A stretch of 64,000 nucleotides of DNA from Candidatus Bathyarchaeia archaeon (GTDB lineage: Archaea; Thermoproteota; Bathyarchaeia; Bathyarchaeales; Bathycorpusculaceae): positions 128,001 through 192,000 of the forward strand of contig JBEKSS010000007.1 of NCBI GenBank assembly GCA_049516875.1, written 5' to 3'. Of this stretch, positions 1 to 10,080 are shown piece by piece. Positions within the stretch are counted from its first letter, which is position 1; each line of letters opens with the position of its first letter. The notes beneath the pieces are model-generated. The model saw only the letters and a list, made by a program, of their open reading frames with translations. It was not told where the DNA came from and did not search any database. The translations under genes were made by a program, and so were the position numbers.

Positions 1-187
1 GAACAACCATCAGAATTCACCTTTTGACACTCAAAGAAATCACGGATTGAATACTCAAAAGCAAGGGCTCAGTTCTGTGCCCACCTTTCAAACAACCTAC
101 CAAAGAAGGAAAAGCATCTGAACAAGCAACCTAAAGCTAAATAAAGTCATGATTAACAACTAAACATAACCTGCAAAGGTGACTTTC

Positions 188-943
188 ATGTTCAAACTCA
201 AAGTCGCTGATGTAAAACAACTGAGAGACATGATTACATCCATCTCGATACTCGTAGACGAGGCCACGTTCAAACTCGACGCTGAAGGCATGAAACTGCG
301 AGCAATGGACCCATCACGCGTCGCCATGATAGACTTCGAATGGCCAAAAGCAGTCTTCGAAGAATACACCTGCACCGAGCCGACAAAAATGTGCATAAAC
401 GTAACCGAACTGTTAAAACTCCTAAAAAGAACCAGCAAAGACGAAACACTCGAACTATCCATAGACGAAAAAACCGCGAAACTCCAAGTCACAATAGCCG
501 GAAAATACACGCGCAACTTCACAATGCCAACCCTCGAAGCCTCAGAAGAGGAAGTTCCAACCCCAAAAATCGCCTTCAACGCCAAAATAAAAGCCACGAC
601 CGAAGGCCTAAGCCAAGCAATCGAAGACGCCCAACTCGTAAGCGACCACGTGAAAATCGAAGCCGACCCTGAAAAAGTAGTCTTCAACGCCGCCGGCGAC
701 CTCATGGGAGCAACAATAACCCTTCAAAAAGGAAGCGACACCCTGCTCGAACTGGACGCTAAAGAACCTCAAAAAGCAACCTTCAGCCTCAGCTACCTGA
801 CAGAAATAATAAAAGCCGCATCTGCAACCTCAGACATAGCAACCCTCGAATTCTCATCAGACATGCCGATAAAACTCGACTTCCAACAGACGAAAGAAGG
901 AAAACTAACCTTCTACCTCGCACCCAGAATCGAAAGTGAATAA
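188..943 (+). CDS. pcn: DNA polymerase sliding clamp PCNA
   Basis: ORF 179..943, ATG at 188; AMDPSRVAM, FSLSYL and C-terminal FYLAPR PCNA motifs. Confidence 0.97.
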   Translation: MFKLKVADVKQLRDMITSISILVDEATFKLDAEGMKLRAMDPSRVAMIDFEWPKAVFEEYTCTEPTKMCINVTELLKLLKRTSKDETLELSIDEKTAKLQVTIAGKYTRNFTMPTLEASEEEVPTPKIAFNAKIKATTEGLSQAIEDAQLVSDHVKIEADPEKVVFNAAGDLMGATITLQKGSDTLLELDAKEPQKATFSLSYLTEIIKAASATSDIATLEFSSDMPIKLDFQQTKEGKLTFYLAPRIESE

Positions 944-956
944 AGAGAAAAACAAA

Positions 957-1997
957 ATGCAAGCCGTTTTCTCCAAATTCGCCAAAAACGACTACACCAA
1001 ATACCCTTTTCTAAAAGAAGCAGCAAAATACCTAAAATTGCCCGACCTGCGAATTGAAGACCTGGCAAACATCGAGCTTCAAGGAATCCTCAACCGAGCC
1101 GAAGAAAGAGTTGAAGAAGCAATACTCTACACCCGGGTCAGCCGAAACCCGCAACACGACGAAGACATAGAAATCCTCTCCTTCACAGTTGCAATCGTCC
1201 TTGCAATAGCAACCCAAAACTCCTTCATCCAGAAGAGATACGCACTGGCAGAAGCAAAACAAGCATACGAAGACCTGAAACCCGAACCCAAAGAAAAACT
1301 AATGAAAATCGCACAGAACTTCCAATGGAAACTAACACTCAACAACGACTCCAAAATACCTTACGAGTTCGCACTTGACTTCACCGATTACCTCAGAAAC
1401 ACAACCCACCTGCGAGAAAAAAAGTGGAAACTCGCCAACCGCACTTTGACAAACGGAAAAGTCTACCTGACAATGAGTGAAACAGCCAGGCTGTTGGCCG
1501 AAGAAGTCCGCAGATACGTGGAAAAACGAACGGAAGCAAAAGACCTGCCGAAGTTTCCACCCAAAATCTTGGAAACAGCCGAGAGAATAAAGAAACTGTC
1601 AATAGAAAAAATAGGCAAAACCGAGATGGAAGGGTTTCCAAAAGTCATAACACAAACAGCCTTCCCGCCATGCATACGAGCATTATACCAAGCCTTCTCA
1701 TCCGGACGCCACCTCTCACATATAGGCAGGTTCACCCTAACTTCATTCCTTATAAACATCGGAATGCCCTCGGAAAACGTCATCGAACTCTTCAAAAACA
1801 TCTCCGACTTCAACGAAAGAATGACCCGCTACCAAGTTGAACACATAGCAGGAGAAAGAGGCTCCAGAACCCATTACACCACCCCAAAATGTGACACGCT
1901 GAAAACCCACGGGGTCTGCACTAACCCAGATAACCTATGCCAAAAAACACGTCATCCTTTAGGATACTATAGGAAAAAGCTCACACACTCACGGTAG
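957..1997 (+). CDS. priL: DNA primase large subunit
   Basis: FPPCI...LSHIGRF, YQVEHIAG, PKCDTLKTHGVC...C Fe-S domain, HPLGYY; ORF 936..1997, probable ATG 957. Confidence 0.95.
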   Translation: MQAVFSKFAKNDYTKYPFLKEAAKYLKLPDLRIEDLANIELQGILNRAEERVEEAILYTRVSRNPQHDEDIEILSFTVAIVLAIATQNSFIQKRYALAEAKQAYEDLKPEPKEKLMKIAQNFQWKLTLNNDSKIPYEFALDFTDYLRNTTHLREKKWKLANRTLTNGKVYLTMSETARLLAEEVRRYVEKRTEAKDLPKFPPKILETAERIKKLSIEKIGKTEMEGFPKVITQTAFPPCIRALYQAFSSGRHLSHIGRFTLTSFLINIGMPSENVIELFKNISDFNERMTRYQVEHIAGERGSRTHYTTPKCDTLKTHGVCTNPDNLCQKTRHPLGYYRKKLTHSR

Positions 1998-2036
1998 AAA
2001 GAGTTAAAGCCCTGATGAGCATATGTTGGGCAGTCA

Positions 2037-2050
2037 AAAGTTTAATATTG
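2037..2050 (+). promoter_or_regulatory. BRE/TATA-like promoter of GT2 gene
   Basis: AAAAGTTTAATATT ~45 bp upstream of ATG 2091. Confidence 0.45.
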
Positions 2051-2090
2051 ACATTGCCACAAATCAGTTGGTCTAATAGGAAAGGGAAAG

Positions 2091-2861
2091 ATGAATCAAC
2101 CGGAAACAGCAAGCCTTAAGGGCATTGAAGGAGACTTGAGTGCGGAATCAGACATCGGGCTAATCCTGCCCACGTATTGTGAAGTTTCAAATATTGAAAA
2201 GTTGATAAGCGAAATTGAAAAACTGAATCTTGATGTTCGCGTGCTAGTCATAGATGATTCTAGCCCGGACGGGACAGCGGATGCTGTTCGAAGATTGCAG
2301 AAGAAGTACAAGAACATTCTGCTTTTCGTCAGACCGAAGAAAACCGGGCTTGGGACAGCCATAACAGATGGGTTCAAGATACTTTCATCATTAAAAAACT
2401 CTCCCAGCTACGTAGTGACCATGGACGCTGATTACTCACATAATCCCAGAGACGTTCCACGCGCAATCTCTGCCGCTAAAGAAGGAAAAGGCCTAGCGAT
2501 AGGCAGCAGATACTGTAGGGGAGGCGGAGTGGTGGAATGGAGCATGTTTCGACGCTTGACAAGCCGCGTGGCAAACATACTTGCCTCACTATTGGTAAGA
2601 GCGAGAATTCATGACTACACAAGTGGCTTACGATGCTACTCAACAAGACTTGTCAAAGAAATGGTTCCAGAACTGCACAGTCAGACCTACGAAATACAGA
2701 TAGAGACCATACGACAAGCGTGCAAGAGAGGATTTGACGTGAGAGAGTTTCCGATGACCTTTGTTAACAGAAAAAATGGAAAATCAAAACTTTCTGCAAA
2801 AGAAATCAAGGAGTTCACTTCCTACATCTTCAAAATCAAGAAACTCAAAGCCTCGGCTTGA
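2091..2861 (+). CDS. GT2 polyprenol-phosphate mannosyltransferase-like glycosyltransferase
   Basis: LPTYCE, IDDSSPDGT, GLGTAI, MDADYSH, GSRY, DYTSG motifs. Confidence 0.9.
   Translation: MNQPETASLKGIEGDLSAESDIGLILPTYCEVSNIEKLISEIEKLNLDVRVLVIDDSSPDGTADAVRRLQKKYKNILLFVRPKKTGLGTAITDGFKILSSLKNSPSYVVTMDADYSHNPRDVPRAISAAKEGKGLAIGSRYCRGGGVVEWSMFRRLTSRVANILASLLVRARIHDYTSGLRCYSTRLVKEMVPELHSQTYEIQIETIRQACKRGFDVREFPMTFVNRKNGKSKLSAKEIKEFTSYIFKIKKLKASA
2274..2368. repeat. 95-bp inverted repeat, copy 1 (partner 9465..9559)
   Basis: Hand alignment to reverse complement of 9465..9559: 93/95 identical. Confidence 0.9.
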
Positions 2862-3170
2862 GGAGAGTCATGATTGGAGTATGCGCCTACAACGAAGAAA
2901 ACAACCCAGCGCATCTTCTCCGACCATCGTTTCAGAACAGAACATGCCGAAAGAAAGCAAAATTCTAGTCGTATGCTCTGGATGTTCTGATAGAACACCC
3001 CAAATTGTAAGAAGTTTCCAGATTAATAGATCAGAATAAAACCGTTAATCGAAAATGCTCGCAAGGGGAAATCATGCACTCAACGAGATGTTCAAGGCAG
3101 CAAGAGCCGAAGCTCACATCTTAATTCTCGTCAACGCCGGTGCTTTGCCCAAGAATGACGGCATAAACAA
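2858..3170 (+). pseudogene. Frameshifted, truncated GT2 glycosyltransferase remnant
   Basis: Successive frames give (L)RRVMIGVCAYNEE / ILVVCSGCSDRTPQIV / ENARKGK..LNEMF..LILVNA; no complete ORF. Confidence 0.7.
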
Positions 3171-3250
3171 GAAATAGGCAAGTCATTCCAGACATCTTTA
3201 AATGTCTGTCAAGGTGACATATCGAATGCCAGATAGAAGAGATAAAACTG

Positions 3251-4318
3251 GTGACAAACGCTACGCAGGACCTCAAAGGAAACATCAGCATCCTAATAAA
3301 ATTGTTGCCAGTCTTTTCCTTTGCTGTACCATTTCTTATACTGTATTTAGATAGACAAACGGCTATTCTATACTATAGTTTTGAAATGACATGGAAGGGA
3401 AGAACGTTTTACATTTTCTTCCTTTGGTTAGCTCTGATGGAGATAATACTGAGCTGGGATGCACTTCAATCAATCAAGGCTAATAAGCTAAGATCAATAA
3501 GGACTATTGTTCTTCTCTTAGCTCTCTTGCTTCCTACAGTCTATTTGGTTGCTTCAAACTATTACGGTTTCACCAACAGAGCAATCATAGATTGGTCTTG
3601 GCGAAGCGGAATAGATCAACCTGACTGGATACCACTCGACGTAGAGTATTTTGTTCTTGCTGCTCTCTTCACTTTGATTGTCTGGCTGCAGTTCGGGGTG
3701 AAAGGCCTGAAGAATATCCTGATTTCGCCGGTATTTCTGGCAACAATCGGGACGATATATACAATCGACAACATCTACAGAAATGGAAGTTTCACCCCTT
3801 TTCAAGTTTTTGTTCCTACAACGGCGATGCTTGCAGAGAGATTTTTGAACTTTTTGGGATATCAAACGCAGCTAAATCTCGCTGGGAGCATGCCACACCT
3901 TTATGCGCAAGTGGCCAACTCCGCCCGAGGTTGGGATGCATATATAGCGTGGCCATGTTCAGGAGTTGAAAGCCTCCTCATTTACACTGTAACAATCTTG
4001 TTGTTTTTAAAGAACTCAGTCTTCTCTCTTGCTCAAAGAGTAACCTATTTTGTGATAGGCGCGATGGTCACCTACACCATCAACGTCTTAAGGATTGCTA
4101 CCATTTTTATACTCGCGATAAATACAGGCGGCTATTACGCAGGATCTGAAGCTCAGCAATTTCATGACTTCTACGGTCAATTGTACTCCATTATCTGGAT
4201 TATATCTTACCCCCTAATAATCATTGGAAGCCAAGCTCTATGGGAAAGATTCAGGAACCGAAAAACTATTGCACTAGTTCATCCCGACTTAACGGATGGC
4301 CTAAGGTCTCCAAAATAG
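3251..4318 (+). CDS. Archaeosortase/exosortase family multi-TM protein (thaumarchaeosortase-like)
   Basis: Multi-TM; Cys-Arg-His triad in IAWPCSG, INVLRI, QQFHDFYG. Confidence 0.85.
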   Translation: MTNATQDLKGNISILIKLLPVFSFAVPFLILYLDRQTAILYYSFEMTWKGRTFYIFFLWLALMEIILSWDALQSIKANKLRSIRTIVLLLALLLPTVYLVASNYYGFTNRAIIDWSWRSGIDQPDWIPLDVEYFVLAALFTLIVWLQFGVKGLKNILISPVFLATIGTIYTIDNIYRNGSFTPFQVFVPTTAMLAERFLNFLGYQTQLNLAGSMPHLYAQVANSARGWDAYIAWPCSGVESLLIYTVTILLFLKNSVFSLAQRVTYFVIGAMVTYTINVLRIATIFILAINTGGYYAGSEAQQFHDFYGQLYSIIWIISYPLIIIGSQALWERFRNRKTIALVHPDLTDGLRSPK

Positions 4319-4539
4319 CCATTCTTACCTTGCGTGGTGATATCTCCCGCATCTTCTTTTTGTTATGTTATTAACAATGGCTGCTTGCTCAGCTCATGTC
4401 TCTTTCTCGGTGTATTTCTAATGTAAGCTGCCGTCGCTCTAGCATAGATTTGACAGAACTAGCACTGTAGAGAATCGGGCTGTTGTGCCTTTTCATGTGT
4501 TTGTTTCGATGCGATGAGCACATTCAGCGCTCTCTCTTT

Positions 4540-5463
4540 TCATGATTGTTCCGTATCCAACATCATACGCTGGTTACGCGTGACGCGCCCTCGCCAGATC
4601 TTGTAGCCATCATATAATCCTTTAAACACGTTTCGTACTAACTTAGGCTCAACCTTCATTTCTATGCCAGATTTCAGAACGTAATCCCTTGGAGGCATCA
4701 ACATAGAATATAGAAACATGGGAAACTTCAGTCTGTCTTCTGCGAAAAGATTCTTGAGGTAAAAGTAAACGTGGTTTCGAACATACCAGTATGACCAGTC
4801 GCCTCTGACACGTTTGCCCCTATACTTATGCCACACTAAAGCTTTCGAGTCGTACACTAGTGCATACCCAAGTCTGTGAATGCGAATGCAGAGGTCCGTA
4901 TCGTCCCTGTAACTCGTTCCTGCATAGTTCTCGTCAAATCCTCCTGCCTTCAACAGCAACTTTCGCCTAAATGACATGTTGCATCCTATGAGAGAGTCAA
5001 CTCTGATCAAGTGTTTTGAGGAAAGATCGAAGTTTCCTATGACAAGCCCGTTGCTGAATACTCGTCCCACGTCACTTTTGCCTGTTTCAACATATGACTT
5101 CCCATGTGTTCCATAAGGAATCACACGTCCTCCAACCCCGCCTACACAATCATTCACGTAAGGCCTAGTGATTTGATTCACCCAATCCTTGTCTACAACA
5201 ACATCATCATCTAAGAAGGCTACTACTTCTCCATCTGCAATGGAAATCCCGAGATTCCGAGCGCGCTGTCTGTTTCTGTCCCTTATTGACATAAATTTTA
5301 TTGGAAAAGAATGCCTTAGCTTCTCTGTTCCATCCTGAGAATCGCTGTCCACAACTATCACCTCATAAGGCGGGACTTTTAAGTCAAAGACTGACTGTAA
5401 ACATTCCTGTAAATCCGCGTAACGACTATAAGTGGCAATTACCACCGAGACCCGAGTATGCAA
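4540..5463 (-). CDS. GT2 family glycosyltransferase
   Basis: VSVVIATY, IVVDS, ARNLG, FLDDD, GCNMSFR, GGFDE. Confidence 0.9.
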   Translation of the reverse strand: MHTRVSVVIATYSRYADLQECLQSVFDLKVPPYEVIVVDSDSQDGTEKLRHSFPIKFMSIRDRNRQRARNLGISIADGEVVAFLDDDVVVDKDWVNQITRPYVNDCVGGVGGRVIPYGTHGKSYVETGKSDVGRVFSNGLVIGNFDLSSKHLIRVDSLIGCNMSFRRKLLLKAGGFDENYAGTSYRDDTDLCIRIHRLGYALVYDSKALVWHKYRGKRVRGDWSYWYVRNHVYFYLKNLFAEDRLKFPMFLYSMLMPPRDYVLKSGIEMKVEPKLVRNVFKGLYDGYKIWRGRVTRNQRMMLDTEQS

Positions 5464-5551
5464 ACAGAGATCACCTCAACCGTTTCATTGCTGGTTTCGT
5501 TCGTTGATTTCAAGTCGCATAAATATTTCTCGACAATAGAAAATGACAATA

Positions 5552-7132
5552 CTACTCCTTTCCGATAGGATCAATAGTCTCACCCACATAACCTTTCTTA
5601 AGGAGCCAAATACCGTCGGAAGCATATTGTATACCGAAAGAACCCTCCTTTGTCACGTCATGAACGAGGTTTCTAAGAGAATCCGTATACCACGTTGAAT
5701 TAGTGTCCACAAAGATATAATCGAATGTAGTATTGGCAGGAAGACTTTCCGCCGCATTAGGCAAAGGAGCATATATGTACAGCCTTCTGCTTATGTGGGG
5801 GAAGAGGTCATTCTGAGTCAAAACAGAAGCGTTTGAGGGAATAAGTCCAATGAAGACTTCTAAAACCTTGTCATGCTCTGTCACAACAGGGAGATTCACG
5901 TGAATGTCTAGGATTGTAATGTATGAAAACGTTATGACAAGGAAGAGGAATGTAATCAGCATTACTTTCCTGTACTTAATCTTGCTGATCTTTTTGGAAA
6001 CACCCGCCAATCGCTTACTGGAGGCAAAATGATTCTTGATAACCCATAAACGTTTAACACCATAAATTGCAGATATGAATGTGAACGGAGCAACAAAGGC
6101 TACGTATTGATGACCAACAGCTGCATAATATGGCGAATAATTGGATAGGAAGGAAATGATGAACCATGGAGCACCGATGATGAGTGATGGTGGAGAGAGA
6201 AAGGATAGAAAAGCCAAAGGTGCGAACAAACCAAAGAGGTATACCGCTTTTTGCCCCACTGGGGTGACAATCGCCTTCATAGTCTTGAAAGGATTGGTTA
6301 ATACATTGAACAAAAGGCCCGGAAGATCATGGACTGGATCACCAAACTCCGGCCAGTTTGGATGTGGCGGAGCAGTTGGATTCACAGCAGAAACTACGGT
6401 TCTTGCAAGTGCAAACCAAGCAACGCCGAGTGCTATTGTGGCAATCGAATAAATTATACCCTTGTTGGCCGAAAGCCGCCCAAGATGCAAGACATCAGTG
6501 ATGTGGGAGAGTTTCTTCCTATTTATCCATAGGCCATAAAAGCCAAAGAACACTACTATCAATGGAACAATTTCTATCACCATTAATGCGAGAACAATAA
6601 ATACGAAGTATTTGGTCCATTCTTCTTTTCTGAAGTAGTAAAAAGCAGAGAAGAAGAGAAGAGGCAAGAAGGCTTGTACATGAAAATCGTTCACCAGCAT
6701 GCTATTTATTGGAGGATATGCGAGGTAGATTAAGCCAAATGCTAAGGCTTGTTTGGCACTCTTGCTCTCATGGAGGGCAAGCTTATAAAGGGGGATTGCC
6801 GCCAACGCCAGAACTGAAGCCTGCAGGATTAGCAACGTCTCAGTTGACTGGTAAATCGAATATATGGGTACAACTAGAAAGAGAATTGGGGAAAAATGCA
6901 ACCCAAAGAAATTACATGAGGGGTTTATCACAACCTCAGCAGTATACCAGAGGAACCTACCAGTGTTTGTGGTTGACCAAATTACCTGTTCATAAATCCC
7001 CAAGTCCCAAGCTGAGGAAGTAAAAGCGTAATGTTTCAAAATGCCAATGTATGAAAAGACTATCGTGTACATCAGAATACAGATGCATAGAAAAAGGGCT
7101 GGATGTCGTCTCAATTTGCTTATGACATTCAA
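5552..7132 (-). CDS. DUF2079 family multi-TM protein (GT-C-like)
   Basis: AWDLGIYEQ..W, GLHFSPI, DFH, HQY motifs; many TM helices. Confidence 0.8.
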   Translation of the reverse strand: MNVISKLRRHPALFLCICILMYTIVFSYIGILKHYAFTSSAWDLGIYEQVIWSTTNTGRFLWYTAEVVINPSCNFFGLHFSPILFLVVPIYSIYQSTETLLILQASVLALAAIPLYKLALHESKSAKQALAFGLIYLAYPPINSMLVNDFHVQAFLPLLFFSAFYYFRKEEWTKYFVFIVLALMVIEIVPLIVVFFGFYGLWINRKKLSHITDVLHLGRLSANKGIIYSIATIALGVAWFALARTVVSAVNPTAPPHPNWPEFGDPVHDLPGLLFNVLTNPFKTMKAIVTPVGQKAVYLFGLFAPLAFLSFLSPPSLIIGAPWFIISFLSNYSPYYAAVGHQYVAFVAPFTFISAIYGVKRLWVIKNHFASSKRLAGVSKKISKIKYRKVMLITFLFLVITFSYITILDIHVNLPVVTEHDKVLEVFIGLIPSNASVLTQNDLFPHISRRLYIYAPLPNAAESLPANTTFDYIFVDTNSTWYTDSLRNLVHDVTKEGSFGIQYASDGIWLLKKGYVGETIDPIGKE

Positions 7133-7207
7133 CCCCGTAACAACCCTCGTAGTACTAGGTTTAAGAAAGAATTAAAAGCTTACTTGAGAATTGAGCATGG
7201 ATGAACC

Positions 7208-8314
7208 TTGATGTGGGATGACCAAGATCTTACATTCATTTGTGACCCCCTGCTAAGCGAATACGGCCCTCTGCGACCAGCAATTCTCCTCGCAAAGAGG
7301 TTTATAGAAAAAGGCAAGAAAATAACAATGGTTTCCACCACTATTTCGCCAGAACTACAAAGAAAACTGGATTCAATGAGAATTCAAACAATCAACCTCA
7401 AGAAAGAACCAATTCTGAAGAAAAATGAATCACTAGCGTGGATGGAAGAATGGTTTAGAGAGGCTGCTTTCTCCATGAACTCCAAGGGCACATCCACATT
7501 CAATGGTGTCGTATTGAATTTCTCTAACACTTTGGGTTTTCCGGCACACGTCTGGTACGCGCAAGGACCGCCAACAGTCACTTTGGATAACATGAAGAAA
7601 AATCTTCCACTGCAATACAAAGTGGTTTATCAATCCCTTTCACATATCTTTAAAGCACTTGACAAGCGTTTTACAAGAAAAATCGCCTATTGCTCTACTT
7701 ATGTTGTGGCTAATTCCAAATACTCCGCCTCAATCTACAAGGGGTTTGCTGTGCAAGCCAACAACGTGATATATCCTCCTCTCGACTGTAAGCAATTCAG
7801 GCCAACGTCGACCACTCCATCAGAGGATTTCGTTTTGACATATTTTGGCAAAGAAACAATTTTTGACCTGGTAGGACAGATTCTAGATAAAGGAATAAAG
7901 ATTAAGGCATTTGGTGGAAAACTCTCAATGATCCCTAAGAGAATACGGAAGCATAAAAATCTTGAGCTCTTAGGAAGAATAGAGGATGATATATTAATAG
8001 GACTCTATTCCGATGCGCTCTTCACCTTCTACCCTTTCGCAGATGAGCCATTTGGCTATATCCCAATCGAAAGCTTGGCTTGTGGAACACCTGTAGTAAC
8101 ATTTAGCAAACAGGGTCCTAAAGAGACTGTGTTGGAAGGAGAAACAGGTTGGCTGGCAAACACTGATTCTGAACTGGCAAGACTCGCAATCCAGCTGTGG
8201 AATAATGGTTATCCTGCGAATATCAGAAAAAAATGCAGGCAAAGCGCAGTTGAATTTGATACCATAGCAATCGCAGACAAGTGGCTAGAATTGCTAAACA
8301 ACATTAATACGTAG
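7208..8314 (+). CDS. GT4 family glycosyltransferase
   Basis: VVANS, VIYPP, EPFGYIPIESLACGTPV GT-B motif. Confidence 0.9.
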   Translation: MMWDDQDLTFICDPLLSEYGPLRPAILLAKRFIEKGKKITMVSTTISPELQRKLDSMRIQTINLKKEPILKKNESLAWMEEWFREAAFSMNSKGTSTFNGVVLNFSNTLGFPAHVWYAQGPPTVTLDNMKKNLPLQYKVVYQSLSHIFKALDKRFTRKIAYCSTYVVANSKYSASIYKGFAVQANNVIYPPLDCKQFRPTSTTPSEDFVLTYFGKETIFDLVGQILDKGIKIKAFGGKLSMIPKRIRKHKNLELLGRIEDDILIGLYSDALFTFYPFADEPFGYIPIESLACGTPVVTFSKQGPKETVLEGETGWLANTDSELARLAIQLWNNGYPANIRKKCRQSAVEFDTIAIADKWLELLNNINT

Positions 8315-8409
8315 ACTTTCGATCTCTCAACAGTTCCGATCCTCGAAATGAGCTTGAAATAACCGAATATAGAACAAATTTCCGATTTTTGAAAGCAGAC
8401 GTCAATATT

Positions 8410-8896
8410 GCTATGCTCGCGCGCGGGTATATCCGATATGCTATGGAGAAGAGGAGACTACTGTCCTGCCACAGGTCATATTCGTTTGCTAGCTTGAATG
8501 TTGGAACGGCGGCCAGTGCGAGTATGAAGGCCTGTATCACAAGAAGCGCGTTTCAGACGTTTGAAGAATCCAGTAGAAAGGCACAACTAGAAACGAGATT
8601 GGACTGAAATGCCCTCCGAAGGAGGAGCCGCGTCGGTTACTGGAAAGTTCACATGTATGATAGAAGAACTTGCTAGCATTTGAGGTCGTCCAAAAGGACT
8701 GCGTGAAAATTCCAAGGTCCCACGCACATGTCTTGAGTGCGTAGCATCTGAGGACGGTCAAGACGGAAAAACCAGCGCCATAAATCACTGCGGATACGAA
8801 CAGGAGAATCTTGCTTCGTTCTATGTTGCCAATCCTTCTGGGTAGCCGTGCCTCCAAGCTCTCTATGGATGCTAACTTCCTAGGTTCTTCTTCCAT
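8410..8896 (-). pseudogene. Truncated, frameshifted DUF2079 paralogue
   Basis: AWDLGIFTQSFW...GHFSPI then shifted frame IQAFILALAAVPTFKLA matching the N-terminus of 5552..7132; decays after ~160 codons. Confidence 0.8.
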
Positions 8897-9039
8897 TTTC
8901 TTTCGCCCCGTCGATTATGCAGTACTGTGATGTTTTTGGATTTCTGTGTCCATGCGATGATATGAACCGCAGCTGACTGCCAAGAGACGTGGACACGTTA
9001 TTTCCGATTGGAAGATAAAATGTAAGAAAGTCTCCTATT

Positions 9040-9705
9040 TCGTTAACCTAGCTTAGACTTGCCTTTTTTCTATTTACGAAAAACATAGGGACCTCTCTTA
9101 CCCTGAATTTGCGAGTATGGGCTTATCTTATGGTTTCTATCTGTATCTAAGTTTGACTGTGCAGATCATTGATTATGCTCTTGACAAGCTTCGTGGAGTA
9201 ACACCGTATTCCACTGGTGTGATAGGATATTTTCATGTCAATCCTGACCTTTGTGACTAGGTTGGCTGCTTTCTCACTACTAGCCGAAATATGCTCCAAT
9301 CCCAGTGCCGCCTCCTTGGCAATATCGGCTTCCGATAACCAGTCGCTACCTGCATTTGTCGGTTTTATCAGCTCTGGGATTTCTCTGGAATCATGAGAAT
9401 AGTCTGCGTCCATTGTAACTATACAATTCGGGGGATTTTCATTGATAAGAATGCTTTAGATCCGTCTGTTATGGCTGTTCCAAGCCCGGTTTTCTTCGGT
9501 CTGACGAAAAGGAGAATGTTCTTGTACTTCTTCTGCAATCTTCGAACAGCATCCGCTGTTCCCCACGGGCTGGAATCATCTATAACCAGTATAAACATTT
9601 CAGGTTTAGGCGTTCAATTTCTTCGACTGATTTCTCGATGTCTGCTGCTTCACAATATGTTGGCAGAATCAGACCGATAACAGAGTCAGCTTCGAGGTTT
9701 CCTTT
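9040..9705 (-). pseudogene. Degraded inverted paralogue of the GT2 at 2091..2861
   Basis: IGLILPTYCE, IDDSSP, GTADAVRRLQKKYKNILLFVRPKK, MDADYSH, HSQT*IQIETIR*, FVNRKKGKSKL with frameshifts and stops. Confidence 0.85.
9465..9559. repeat. 95-bp inverted repeat, copy 2 (partner 2274..2368)
   Basis: Hand alignment: 93/95 identical, ungapped. Confidence 0.9.
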
Positions 9706-10080
9706 TATCGATGAAAACTCCATTGTTTTCGTTTTTCTCTTCGGCATTAGCGTTCACTCATTACACTCGCTATGTACAAGCTACTGAATCACATATCCTC
9801 TTTTACGAGCTTGAACCAGATGTTTTTGGTTTGTTTCTACAAAAAGCTAATGGATGCCGTATTTTTTGGTGCAGCTTATGGGGAGACGGGGCAGACTCTA
9901 TGCTTTTTCAATTAACCGTAGCCTGGTGGAATTTAGCGTATTCTTGAGCCTTTCTTTCCTGCAATGTGTTCGACTTGGCACTGTGCGGGCGAGTAGCGAG
10001 AGTATTCAAGGTGGCGCGCGTGACTTTGGCCTAGAACGAAATGCTTTTTATCCTTACATCGAATTTAGTGTTGAGCGTCT

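Noticed and set aside
2013-2080. Possible C/D box sRNA (TGATGA)
   Set aside because: No suitably placed terminal CTGA D box; region reads better as a promoter.
9040-9200. Stop-codon readthrough (Pyl/Sec) in the GT2 copy
   Set aside because: Mixed TAG/TAA stops plus frameshifts indicate decay.
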